Shown: positions 54,430-63,223 of the stretch, one piece after another
Layout of the letters: every line of letters starts with the position of its first letter
Position numbering within the stretch: the stretch's first letter is position 1
Source: a virus
Taxonomy: Duplodnaviria; Caudoviricetes
Reading direction: 5' to 3' (one strand)
Virus record (IMG/VR): IMGVR_UViG_3300036773_000046
Location: 1-64,000 of that record
DNA length: 64,000 nucleotides
Position numbers and translations under genes: made by a program
Notes under the pieces: generated by a model
The model's database searches: none
Seen by the model: the letters and a program-made list of their open reading frames with translations, nothing else
What the model was told of the DNA's origin: nothing

Positions 54430-54896
54430 CACGCATCGTTGTGGGCGTTGACCCAGGTGACAGCACCGGAGTGGCGATCTTCAAAGACGGCGAGTTCGTG
54501 TCGGCGCATCAGGGACCGCCGGGCGACATGATCACCCTCGTCGAGTTTATCGTGAAGAAGGTCGCGGGCAACGACAGCTGTTGCGTCGCCGTTGAACGGT
54601 TCGTGCAGGGCGGTCGCGTCGCGCACTCGCACCAGCCAGTCGCGCAGCAGGTGGTCGGCGCCGTCGTTTCGCTTTGCGAAAAGTACGGCATACCTACGAC
54701 GATGCAGGGACCGGCGGACGCACGTGCGGTCGCGTCGAACGACACGCTGCGTGCGATGGGTTTGTGGCAGACGAAGAATGACGTGGATCGGCAGGATGCG
54801 AACGACGCGAACTCGGCGGTGCGTCACGCGTTGCTGTACATGGCCGGACACTACGCCACGGACTTCATCAAGCTACGGCAGCGTGCGGGAACTTGA
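54426..54896 (+). CDS. ruvC: RuvC-like Holliday junction resolvase
   Basis: Motifs VGVDPGDSTG, VAVERF and DANSA.RH. Confidence 0.8.
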   Translation: MTRIVVGVDPGDSTGVAIFKDGEFVSAHQGPPGDMITLVEFIVKKVAGNDSCCVAVERFVQGGRVAHSHQPVAQQVVGAVVSLCEKYGIPTTMQGPADARAVASNDTLRAMGLWQTKNDVDRQDANDANSAVRHALLYMAGHYATDFIKLRQRAGT

Positions 54897-54923
54897 TACG
54901 TTGATCGTCCAACGAAGGGAATC

Positions 54924-56831
54924 ATGGTTCACGCAACGCTGAGTGCGGCGAAGGACGCCATCAAGCTCGATTTAGCTTGGAATGAAATCGAGTTGGCGAA
55001 GATGCTGCCCGGCTCAAGCTACTCAGGACGCACCAAAGAGTGGACCGTGCCGTTGACGTGGGCGGCGATGATTCAGCTACGCAACCAGTTCAGAGAGAGC
55101 TTCACCTACGGTCAAGATCTGATCGACTGGACGTGGGAGGTGCGCCAGCACCGCGTCGATCCCGCGCTTGAGCTGCGTAACGTCATCGAGTGGCCCGACG
55201 ACGAGCAGCAAGATCTCTACGAGTTTCAGCGTGCGGGCGTGAAGTGGATGCTCGTCGCGCAGAGTGGTCTCTTGGGTGACGAGCTGGGCGTCGGTAAGAC
55301 GCCACAGGCACTCGTGTTCTTACAGGTGACGCAGGCCCTACCCGCCGTGATCATCTGTCCTAACCGTGTAAAGTGGCACTGGGCGTCGCGGCTACCACGT
55401 TGGTGTCCGGGCGCGGTGCCCTACGTGCTCGACGGCAGCGCGGGTGCGCGACGTAAGATCTTGAAGGCGGCCGCCGAAGATCCGATGGCCGTCGTGATCG
55501 TCAACTTCGAGGGTGTGCGCGCGTTCAGCCGGTTGGCACCCTTTGGCAACATCAAGCTGAAGCGGTGCAAGGAGTGCGATCCCAGGTGGGGCGACGGCAT
55601 CAAGCCGTCGCAGTGTCACGTGCATCCCAAGGAGCTCAACGGCTTTGGCTTTGCCACGGTGATCATCGACGAGGCTCATCGTATTGGCGACCCAAAGACG
55701 TTGACGACGCGCGCCGCCTGGGCCATCACACACGATGAAAGCGTGCGTTACCGCTGGGCGTTGACCGGAACGCCCGATAACGTCAAGCGGCTGTGGTCGA
55801 TCATGCACGCCGTGCAGCCTAACGAGTACCCGACGCGGTCGAAGTGGATGGACCGCTACGCGCTGGTGGCGTGGAACGCGTACGGCGGGCAAGACGTCGT
55901 CGGCCTGCGACCCGACACTCGTGAAGAGCTGTACCGGATCTTGGACCCACGCTTTAGGCGCATGATCAAGTCCATTGTGCTGCCGCAACTGCCGCCCATT
56001 GTGCGCAAGGCTGAGTTCTCTGAGCTCACACCCGCGATGCGTAAGTCGTACGAGGAGTTGGAGCAACAGCTGTTCACGATGCTGCCCAACGGCCAGTCGT
56101 TCATCTCGCAGAACAAGCTCGTGTCACGCACCCGCCTCATGCAGTTCGCCGCGGGATCCGTCGAGGTGGATAAGGAAGACGAAGACGACGTCTCGACGTG
56201 GAAGGTCAAGATCCTTGAGCCGTCGCCGAAGCTGGACACGTTTCAAGAGATCATCGAAGACATGCGACCTGGGCGTCCGTTCGTCGTCGCGTGTGAGTAT
56301 CGTGACGTGGTGGACATGGCGGCGGAGCGGCTGTCGAAGCTCGGCATCCGACACGCGATGATCGTCGGCGGCGTGCACCCACGCGCCGCCGAGGAGGCAT
56401 GCGTGGCGCTACGGTCAGGCGCGGTGCAGGGATTGATCTTCACGCACAAGGCGGGCGGCACCGGCCTCGACATGTCGGGTGCCGACCTGATGATCATGTT
56501 GCAGCGGTCGTGGTCGTTCATCGAGAACGTGCAGACTGAAGGGCGTGCGCACCGGATCGGCAGCGAGGTGCATGAGTCGGTGGAGATCATCGACGTCGTG
56601 ACTCGTGGCACTCGTGAAGAGCGGCAGATCGAGGTGCTGTACCAAAAGCTTGAGCAGTTCGAAGAGATCGCCCGCGACCGCAAGCAGGTGCAGGAACAGA
56701 TCTTGAGGACTCCGTTCACCAGTGAGGAATTCGCACGATTGGTTGCTAGATTGGATCAACTGAACGCCGCGCAAGAGAAGCTCATGCGGAATGATGACCT
56801 AGAAATGTTACTCCAGCAGGAGGAGTTGTGA
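54924..56831 (+). CDS. SNF2/DEAD-box helicase
   Basis: Motifs LLGDE.GVGKT, IIDEAH, ALTGTP, GG.GLD and Q.EGRAHRIG. Confidence 0.93.
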   Translation: MVHATLSAAKDAIKLDLAWNEIELAKMLPGSSYSGRTKEWTVPLTWAAMIQLRNQFRESFTYGQDLIDWTWEVRQHRVDPALELRNVIEWPDDEQQDLYEFQRAGVKWMLVAQSGLLGDELGVGKTPQALVFLQVTQALPAVIICPNRVKWHWASRLPRWCPGAVPYVLDGSAGARRKILKAAAEDPMAVVIVNFEGVRAFSRLAPFGNIKLKRCKECDPRWGDGIKPSQCHVHPKELNGFGFATVIIDEAHRIGDPKTLTTRAAWAITHDESVRYRWALTGTPDNVKRLWSIMHAVQPNEYPTRSKWMDRYALVAWNAYGGQDVVGLRPDTREELYRILDPRFRRMIKSIVLPQLPPIVRKAEFSELTPAMRKSYEELEQQLFTMLPNGQSFISQNKLVSRTRLMQFAAGSVEVDKEDEDDVSTWKVKILEPSPKLDTFQEIIEDMRPGRPFVVACEYRDVVDMAAERLSKLGIRHAMIVGGVHPRAAEEACVALRSGAVQGLIFTHKAGGTGLDMSGADLMIMLQRSWSFIENVQTEGRAHRIGSEVHESVEIIDVVTRGTREERQIEVLYQKLEQFEEIARDRKQVQEQILRTPFTSEEFARLVARLDQLNAAQEKLMRNDDLEMLLQQEEL

Positions 56832-58372
56832 CACAGACGACGCTGACTGGCACGCAGGTGCGGCAGGCACGTGAGGCCGCAGGCTTGTCCCGTCGAGAGT
56901 TCGCCGAGCGTGCGGGCTTTTCCACGCAGACGCGGATCTTCAACATCGAGTCCAAGGACAGTTGGAAGCCGGGTGACCGTGAGAGGGTGCAGTCCGTGTT
57001 GGACGACCTCGCCACGAACCCGCCGAAAGAGACTCACGGCAGGAAGAAAGGTCGTACGCGTAAGGAGAGTGCCGACGAGCGACTTGATCGACTTGAGTCG
57101 GCGTTGCGCGCGAACGGCAAGCTCTACCGCGACATGGTTGAACCCGACGAGGACAAGGGTCCCACGCTAGTCAACCCGGAGGTCGACTTCGACCCTGATC
57201 TTGAAGGCCTGTTCACCCCCTCCGAAGAGCAGGCCGACGACGACGGCTGCGCGCCCGACGAGTGCGCGACCGAGGAGGACGTTGAGGAGCCCGAGGAAGA
57301 TCGCCTGGAGCACAGTGACCCGGCGCAAGATTGGGACGATCTTGACGACACCAAGGAAGAAGTCAACGCGTTGCCCACCGACGTCAAGTTGCTGACCAAC
57401 AGCGAGGTGGCGGTGTGGAATCGGTGTCGTCGTAAGTGGTGGCTCGCGTTCTACCGACGGCTGATCTTCGGGCAGCGTGACTACTTCGGCGCGCGAGAGA
57501 TCGGCAACCGTGTTCACCGCGCCCTAGAGGGTTGGTACGTACCCGAAGGGCAGGAGCGCGTAGACCCTCGCGACGCCCTAGAGCGCGCAATCGTTGACGA
57601 CTGGACGCAAATCTCAAGGCAGGTCCACGAGCATGGCGTTCAGGGCGACGAAGAGCAGGTGCTCGGTGAGCTGGCAACGAAGTTCAACGACGCGGTCAGC
57701 CTCGAACGCGCCATGATCGAGGGCTACGTCGAGTGGCTGCAAGAGACGGGCGAGGATGCGAACCTGAAGATCGAGCAGCCCGAGGCGATCATTCACACTC
57801 CGATCGAGGGTGAGGTGGCCGGCGAGCACGTGGAGTTCGTGGCACTTGCCAAGCTTGACGTACGCGGCACGCGCGTCACCGACGGCACGCGCCTCTTCGT
57901 GGACCACAAGACGGTGGGTAACTTCACTGAGCCTCGCAAGGTACTACACATGGACCCGCAGATGCTGCACTATCACCTCATCGAGTGGCTAACGATGGAG
58001 GGTGGGCAGCGTTGCGACGCCGCGCTCTACAACATGCTTCGAAAGGTGAAGCGCACGCAGAGCGCGAAGCCGCCGTTCTTCGAGCGCGTCGAGGTGCATC
58101 ACAACGCGTACGAGATCGAGAATTACAAGAAGCGGTTGATCGGCGCGGCACGCGACATTCAGCGTGCGACGCGCGAGCTGGACGAGGGTGCGGACCCGAT
58201 GAGCGTCGCGTACCCCAACCCAACCAAGGCGTGCAGCTGGGATTGTGACTTCTTCATGATCTGTCCGATGGTGGACGACGGGTCACGCGTTGAGGACGCG
58301 ATCACCACCCTCTACCATCAGGGCGACCCGCTTGCGCGCTACGCTAAAGATCAGGAAGTAGGAGGAATCTAG
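56828..58372 (+). CDS. XRE-type HTH fused to a PD-(D/E)XK Cas4/RecB-like exonuclease
   Basis: N-terminal VRQAREAAGLSRREFAERAG and an acidic linker, then CRRKWW, KLD...VDHKT and C-terminal CSWDCDF..IC. Confidence 0.85.
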   Translation: MTQTTLTGTQVRQAREAAGLSRREFAERAGFSTQTRIFNIESKDSWKPGDRERVQSVLDDLATNPPKETHGRKKGRTRKESADERLDRLESALRANGKLYRDMVEPDEDKGPTLVNPEVDFDPDLEGLFTPSEEQADDDGCAPDECATEEDVEEPEEDRLEHSDPAQDWDDLDDTKEEVNALPTDVKLLTNSEVAVWNRCRRKWWLAFYRRLIFGQRDYFGAREIGNRVHRALEGWYVPEGQERVDPRDALERAIVDDWTQISRQVHEHGVQGDEEQVLGELATKFNDAVSLERAMIEGYVEWLQETGEDANLKIEQPEAIIHTPIEGEVAGEHVEFVALAKLDVRGTRVTDGTRLFVDHKTVGNFTEPRKVLHMDPQMLHYHLIEWLTMEGGQRCDAALYNMLRKVKRTQSAKPPFFERVEVHHNAYEIENYKKRLIGAARDIQRATRELDEGADPMSVAYPNPTKACSWDCDFFMICPMVDDGSRVEDAITTLYHQGDPLARYAKDQEVGGI

Positions 58373-58663
58373 GTGGAGTTTGAAAGAGCAAGTACCACCG
58401 CAGTAGGCGCGTATAAGCAAAAGTGTGAAGCGTGTAGCGGTGAGTTGTATCAGCAGCCCATCGCGCGTGCAGTTATTAGCGAAACACACAAGCCTTGGAT
58501 CCACGCATCTCTTAAGTGTGCATCAATCATGGGTGAACGCTACAGCTCACAACTGTGGAGTGACGCAACACGTAAGAGTGAGTGTGAAGAGGCTGCGCGA
58601 AAGGGTGCATCCATGCGTTACGTTGGTGGAGGCCGCGGTAAAGACTGGGTACACACGCTATGA
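58373..58663 (+). CDS. Hypothetical protein (visibly lower GC)
   Basis: AGGAGG RBS; ATGA coupling to the next gene. Confidence 0.5.
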   Translation: MEFERASTTAVGAYKQKCEACSGELYQQPIARAVISETHKPWIHASLKCASIMGERYSSQLWSDATRKSECEEAARKGASMRYVGGGRGKDWVHTL

Positions 58664-60441
58664 CAGCTTCTACACAGCCTGCAACCCAGCAGGCTACACC
58701 CGTCACGCAGCAGGCGCCGCAGCCGATCCAGGTGATCACGCCGTTTGGCGTACAGCAGCGCATGTCGTGGCTGATCCACGGCCGGTCGAAGCGAGGCAAG
58801 TCCACGCTCGCGTCGTCGGCGCCCAAGCCCCTCCTTGTGCTCGATGCCGAGGGCTCGTGGCGATTCATTCCGCCGGGTGAGGGGAAGGTGATCAAGTACT
58901 GGGACCCACTACGTGAGACGCCACCGGTCTACGACGGAACCTGGGAAATCTGCGTCGTGCACGTGCAGGAGTGGAACACGGTCGACCTCGTGTACAAGTA
59001 CCTCACGCAGTGGCCGTTGCCGTTCGTGTCCGTGATCGTCGACTCGATCACCGAGATTCAGCGGCGGTGCTTTCTCCCGGACACCGAGGTGTTGACGCCT
59101 AGCGGCTGGGTAGCAATTACTGACGTACGTGAGGGTGACGCCATTGCTCAATACCACGCCGATGATGAGCGAATTACGTTTGCGGCGACCACTGATGTGC
59201 AGTCATTTGATTACTCTGGTGACGTCGTTCGTACGCAAACAAACTTTGCAGATCTTGCGGTAACGCCCGATCATCGGATGCTTGTTCGTAACACCAAGCA
59301 ACATGTTCCCTATGAACGCACAGCTTGTCAGTTGCTTGGTGGCACCTACTACCTACCGGTTGCGGGAAGATACCACGGTGGATCGGCTGACACCCCAACC
59401 GACGATGAGATTCGTTTGCTCGTCGCGTTGCAGGCTGACAGCTATCACGCCACCACCAACGTGTACGCGTTCAACCTTCGCCGTGACCGTAAAAAGACTC
59501 GTCTTGAACGTCTATGTCAAGCTACGGGCACACGGTACCGACGCATTGACCGAGGTGACGGGTGGACTCACTTTAGGGTCTGGCGAACTGCAGTGATCGA
59601 CAAGTGGTTGCCTGAGAAGACGTTCCAATGGATCATGCTAGACTGGTCAGAGCATGGACGCACCGTGTTTCTTGACGAGCTTGCGTCGTGGGATGGTTCA
59701 CGCGCCCCAAGATCGGTGCATTACGGAACGATCAACGACCAAAATGCAGACATTGTGTCGGCAGTTGCCGCATTGACGGGTCGTGGCTCAAGCGACATGA
59801 TTGGGCGCACACGCATCGGCACTCCGTATCATCGCATGACGGTCAGTGACTACACGTGGCGCCGTGTTGGACGAAGTGACTTCACGACTAGCGAGAAGTA
59901 TGTTGGACGTGTGCACTGCGTCACTGTACCGTCTGGATTTATAATTACACGACGTAACGGCAAGGTAACCATCGCTGGGAACTGCAAATCAAATCTCAAG
60001 GGCACCGACGCCATGAAGATCCAAGACTGGGGCGTGTTGCTCTCGGTCATGGACGCGACGATTCGCGGGTTCCGTGATCTCTGCCTGATGCCCCAGCTCA
60101 ACGTTCGGTGCGTGGTCTTCGTCGCGGAGACGAAGGACGGCCCACTGGGTCGTCTCATCCCCGCAATGCAGGGTCAGATCGCAGGTTCGCTACCCTACTG
60201 GGTAGACGTTTGCGGCTTCCTCTACGAGGACTACGAGCTCGACGAGAACCAGCAGGCGACACGCGAGGTTCGGCGCCTGTGGATCAGTCCTCATCAGATG
60301 TACGAGGCGGGAGAGCGAGTGCAGGGACGACTCGGCAAGGTACTCACCGTCGCTAAGCCACCCGACGGGCAGGTCGGCGTGGAGATCAACTACTGGATGC
60401 ATTTTGTATTTGGTATTCCCTGGAATCAACAAGCTTCTTAA
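58660..60441 (+). CDS. AAA_24/Sak4-like ATPase (recombinase) interrupted by an intein
   Basis: Walker A GRSKRGKST, LVLDAEG, VIVDSITE and, after the intein, P.MQGQ. Confidence 0.87.
   Translation: MTASTQPATQQATPVTQQAPQPIQVITPFGVQQRMSWLIHGRSKRGKSTLASSAPKPLLVLDAEGSWRFIPPGEGKVIKYWDPLRETPPVYDGTWEICVVHVQEWNTVDLVYKYLTQWPLPFVSVIVDSITEIQRRCFLPDTEVLTPSGWVAITDVREGDAIAQYHADDERITFAATTDVQSFDYSGDVVRTQTNFADLAVTPDHRMLVRNTKQHVPYERTACQLLGGTYYLPVAGRYHGGSADTPTDDEIRLLVALQADSYHATTNVYAFNLRRDRKKTRLERLCQATGTRYRRIDRGDGWTHFRVWRTAVIDKWLPEKTFQWIMLDWSEHGRTVFLDELASWDGSRAPRSVHYGTINDQNADIVSAVAALTGRGSSDMIGRTRIGTPYHRMTVSDYTWRRVGRSDFTTSEKYVGRVHCVTVPSGFIITRRNGKVTIAGNCKSNLKGTDAMKIQDWGVLLSVMDATIRGFRDLCLMPQLNVRCVVFVAETKDGPLGRLIPAMQGQIAGSLPYWVDVCGFLYEDYELDENQQATREVRRLWISPHQMYEAGERVQGRLGKVLTVAKPPDGQVGVEINYWMHFVFGIPWNQQAS
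59068..59982 (+). mobile_element. Intein (305 aa) with degenerate LAGLIDADG-like core
   Basis: Starts CFLPDTEVLT..GW, block B VTPDHRM, ends VHCVTV.SG...TRRNGKVTIAGN, and the +1 residue is Cys. Confidence 0.92.
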
Positions 60442-60458
60442 GAGAGGAAGCAAGCAAC

Positions 60459-61439
60459 ATGCCAGTGTACAACTTCGCCGACCTGCTGAAGGAAGCCAAG
60501 CAGGGAAGCGCGTGGCCACCCGGCGACTACGACTTCGAGATCGCGCAGGCGGACTCGGTGCTCGCGGGAACCGGATCGCCCATGATCAAGTCCAAGCTGC
60601 GGTGCATCGTCGGGCCGTATGCCAACAAGACCGTCGATAACAACTTCGTGCTGAAGGTCGACAGCTCGGGTGCGATGGCTCGGTTCTTCATGCACATGGC
60701 GATCCTGGGCGTCACCGAGCAGTTCCTCACCGAGCAGCTCAAGCAGCTCAACACGGACGATCCGAACTGCCTTGCGCCGATCGCCGCGCAGATTCGCGGC
60801 AAGCGTTGCCGTCTCAACCTGCAAGAGCGCACGTACAACGGCATGAAGCAGAACGACATCAAGGAGTTCAAGGCAATCGACGGTGGCCTCACGGGTGGAC
60901 CAGTCGGCTTCACCGGCGGGATGCCCGGGCCGGGACCCGGTCCGACGCTGCCCGCTGCGCCGCAGCAGTTCGCGCAGGGTGGCGTCGTTCCACCCGACGC
61001 GTCAGTGCCGCCCGCGTTCGTTCCGCCCGCGCCCGTGGCCAACGGGCAGGCGCAGCAGTTCGTACCGCCGCCGACGCCCGACGCGTCACAGCCACAGTAC
61101 GCGCCGCCCGTAGCTCCTCCGGCACCGGCTGCACCACCCACCGCACAGCCGCAGTACGCGCCGCCGCAGGCCACACAGCCGTCGCCACAACCCGCCCCGG
61201 CGCCGCCGCCACCACCCACGCCACCGCCGCCGCCCGCACCTCCAGTGCAAGAGCAGGCGCAGCAGCCTGATCTGGCGAACGTCCCGGCACCTCCCGGCTA
61301 CGAGGCAATGTGGAATCAGATTCCAGCGGACGCGCGCGCCTCGATCTTGCAGAGCGTCGCGGCGCAGCAGGTCGCGCAACCGCAGCAGGCACCACAGCAG
61401 CAGGCCGCCGTGCCACCTCCCCCACCAATGCCCGTGTAA
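60459..61439 (+). CDS. ssb: Single-stranded DNA-binding protein (DUF669-like) with long Pro/Gln-rich tail
   Basis: PPGDYDFEI...K.KLR...GPYA...V..NF OB-fold pattern, located next to the recombinase. Confidence 0.75.
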   Translation: MPVYNFADLLKEAKQGSAWPPGDYDFEIAQADSVLAGTGSPMIKSKLRCIVGPYANKTVDNNFVLKVDSSGAMARFFMHMAILGVTEQFLTEQLKQLNTDDPNCLAPIAAQIRGKRCRLNLQERTYNGMKQNDIKEFKAIDGGLTGGPVGFTGGMPGPGPGPTLPAAPQQFAQGGVVPPDASVPPAFVPPAPVANGQAQQFVPPPTPDASQPQYAPPVAPPAPAAPPTAQPQYAPPQATQPSPQPAPAPPPPPTPPPPPAPPVQEQAQQPDLANVPAPPGYEAMWNQIPADARASILQSVAAQQVAQPQQAPQQQAAVPPPPPMPV

Positions 61440-61528
61440 TGAACACGGCGGAGGTAATCACGCTGATCATCTGCGCCACAATCGCGGTGATCGCCTGGGC
61501 GGAAGCTTGGGTGAAACGTAAGAAGTGA
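61439..61528 (+). CDS. Small single-TM protein (29 aa)
   Basis: Translated by hand: MNTAEVITLIICATIAVIAWAEAWVKRKK; coupled on both sides. Confidence 0.55.
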   Translation: MNTAEVITLIICATIAVIAWAEAWVKRKK

Positions 61529-62898
61529 TAATCTCATATGGGAAGGTCGGGCGTGCAGTCGCATTGACAGAGGCAGGCTGGTCGACCGTTGGCGGTGACA
61601 TGGAACCTCCTCGCCTACTCCACGACCTAGCGTCGCGCAACCCGCAGCACACGTTCGCCATCATCTCTACGTGTCGTGATGACCCACAGGCATGTGGCTT
61701 CCCGCCCAACGTGGTGAACACGTGGACACCCGAACGTCTCGCGTGGTATTCGTCGCAGGTAAAGCCGTTTCAAGAGATCATGCGGCAGGTGTCCAAGACG
61801 GACATGGCGATGCTCGACGCGATCAGGGGGATCGAGGGTGTTATCGACACCATGCTGCTGCCTCTCGCAGAGAAGATGGAGGGTGCCGTCATCTGGTCGG
61901 GCCAACATGGGACGGCGAACAGCGTTCTCCCGTCGGTCACCGACCGCTCGGGTATACCTGGATTCACACGGCCATATGACTCCTTCACTTTTTACGGTGG
62001 TGGGATCTTCAGGCTCATCAACGCGTGGCGTGACCTAGATCCGAAGCGTAATGAGGAGGTGTGGCTGATCGCCGACGCACGTAACCACCTCAAGGCACGC
62101 GACCAGAAGTGGCCGTTGCGTCATCCCGTACTCGGGCAGTTCAACTTCACACGCGATCTTCATCACGAACGCTTCGGCGACAAGTCGAACCCGGCGGAGT
62201 TCTTCGGGTATGGCGACCGCGAGGAGACCGCGTCGTGGAAGACCGATCACACGTGGAAGTCACGCATCAGCTACGTGTACTCGGGTCTCGAGGCGTGCGG
62301 CGTCATGCCCGAGCACGTCGGCCACTGGTACACGGACGACAACTTCAATCAACGTGCGCACTTCGGTCTCTTCATCAACGAGGCGGGTGGACACGTCGGC
62401 CAGGGCGCGGATCAGAAGGCCAACGAACACAAGCTCGGTCGTGCGACGATCACTCGCGACTGGGTGCTGCCGATTCAACCGGCGTTCATCCACGGCAAAT
62501 GGACTAAGGCGTCAATGGAGGCGCTTAGCATCGACGTCACCTCGGTGCCGTTCGATCAGTACTTCCCAACGCTACGAACCGTCAAGTGCACGTTCACGAC
62601 GCCATCTTCCTACAGCGGCTGGGCAACCACGAAGGCGTGGGAGGCGTTCGCCGTTGGCACGGTGTGCTTTCGACACCCAGAGTACGACACCCAAGATCAC
62701 ATCTACGGACGACTACCCGACGAGGTGCGTGGGTGGCTCTCACCCAAGACTCCTGAAGATCTCAAGGCACGCGTCGAGTTCCTCAACGGCAGCGAGGTAA
62801 CGTGGAAGTGGCTGGTGCAGGCGCAGTATGATCTCTACCTAGACGTGGTGCTCAATCGCCCATGGCTGCAGAAGATCGAGGAAAGGCTGTTTGGATGA
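61525..62898 (+). CDS. GT-B glycosyltransferase resembling T4 DNA beta-glucosyltransferase
   Basis: C-terminal WATTKAWEAFA.GTV....EYDTQDHI...EDLKARVEFL...AQYDL parallels the T4 BGT C-terminus (recalled from memory). Confidence 0.65.
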   Translation: MIISYGKVGRAVALTEAGWSTVGGDMEPPRLLHDLASRNPQHTFAIISTCRDDPQACGFPPNVVNTWTPERLAWYSSQVKPFQEIMRQVSKTDMAMLDAIRGIEGVIDTMLLPLAEKMEGAVIWSGQHGTANSVLPSVTDRSGIPGFTRPYDSFTFYGGGIFRLINAWRDLDPKRNEEVWLIADARNHLKARDQKWPLRHPVLGQFNFTRDLHHERFGDKSNPAEFFGYGDREETASWKTDHTWKSRISYVYSGLEACGVMPEHVGHWYTDDNFNQRAHFGLFINEAGGHVGQGADQKANEHKLGRATITRDWVLPIQPAFIHGKWTKASMEALSIDVTSVPFDQYFPTLRTVKCTFTTPSSYSGWATTKAWEAFAVGTVCFRHPEYDTQDHIYGRLPDEVRGWLSPKTPEDLKARVEFLNGSEVTWKWLVQAQYDLYLDVVLNRPWLQKIEERLFG

Positions 62899-63007
62899 GT
62901 TGGCACACTTGGAAACGACTTGGAGCGTTCAATCCCGGCCCTTACACACTTGATCTTTGGTGGTGCGAGCGATGTGGAAAGATCAAGGGTAAGGGTTGGC
63001 GTCTATC

Positions 63008-63223
63008 ATGAGAATGTTTCAGCTGGTACGTAAGGAAGATGTGACCGGCGTGTCGGGCACAGGCGTCGTCGCCGAGGGGGTTGAGTTCTCGTCGGGCGTC
63101 GTCGTGCTGACGTGGCTCTCTGACTGGCCTACCAGCGTCGTGTTTCACGACCGTGGTATCGACTCGGTGAAGGCGGTTCATGGGCACAACGGCTCGACGG
63201 TCATTCACTGGATAAGTCCGTGA
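63008..63223 (+). CDS. Conserved phage hypothetical protein
   Basis: F.LVR.EDVTGVSGTG.VAEGVEF..G...HGHNG.T. Confidence 0.7.
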   Translation: MRMFQLVRKEDVTGVSGTGVVAEGVEFSSGVVVLTWLSDWPTSVVFHDRGIDSVKAVHGHNGSTVIHWISP

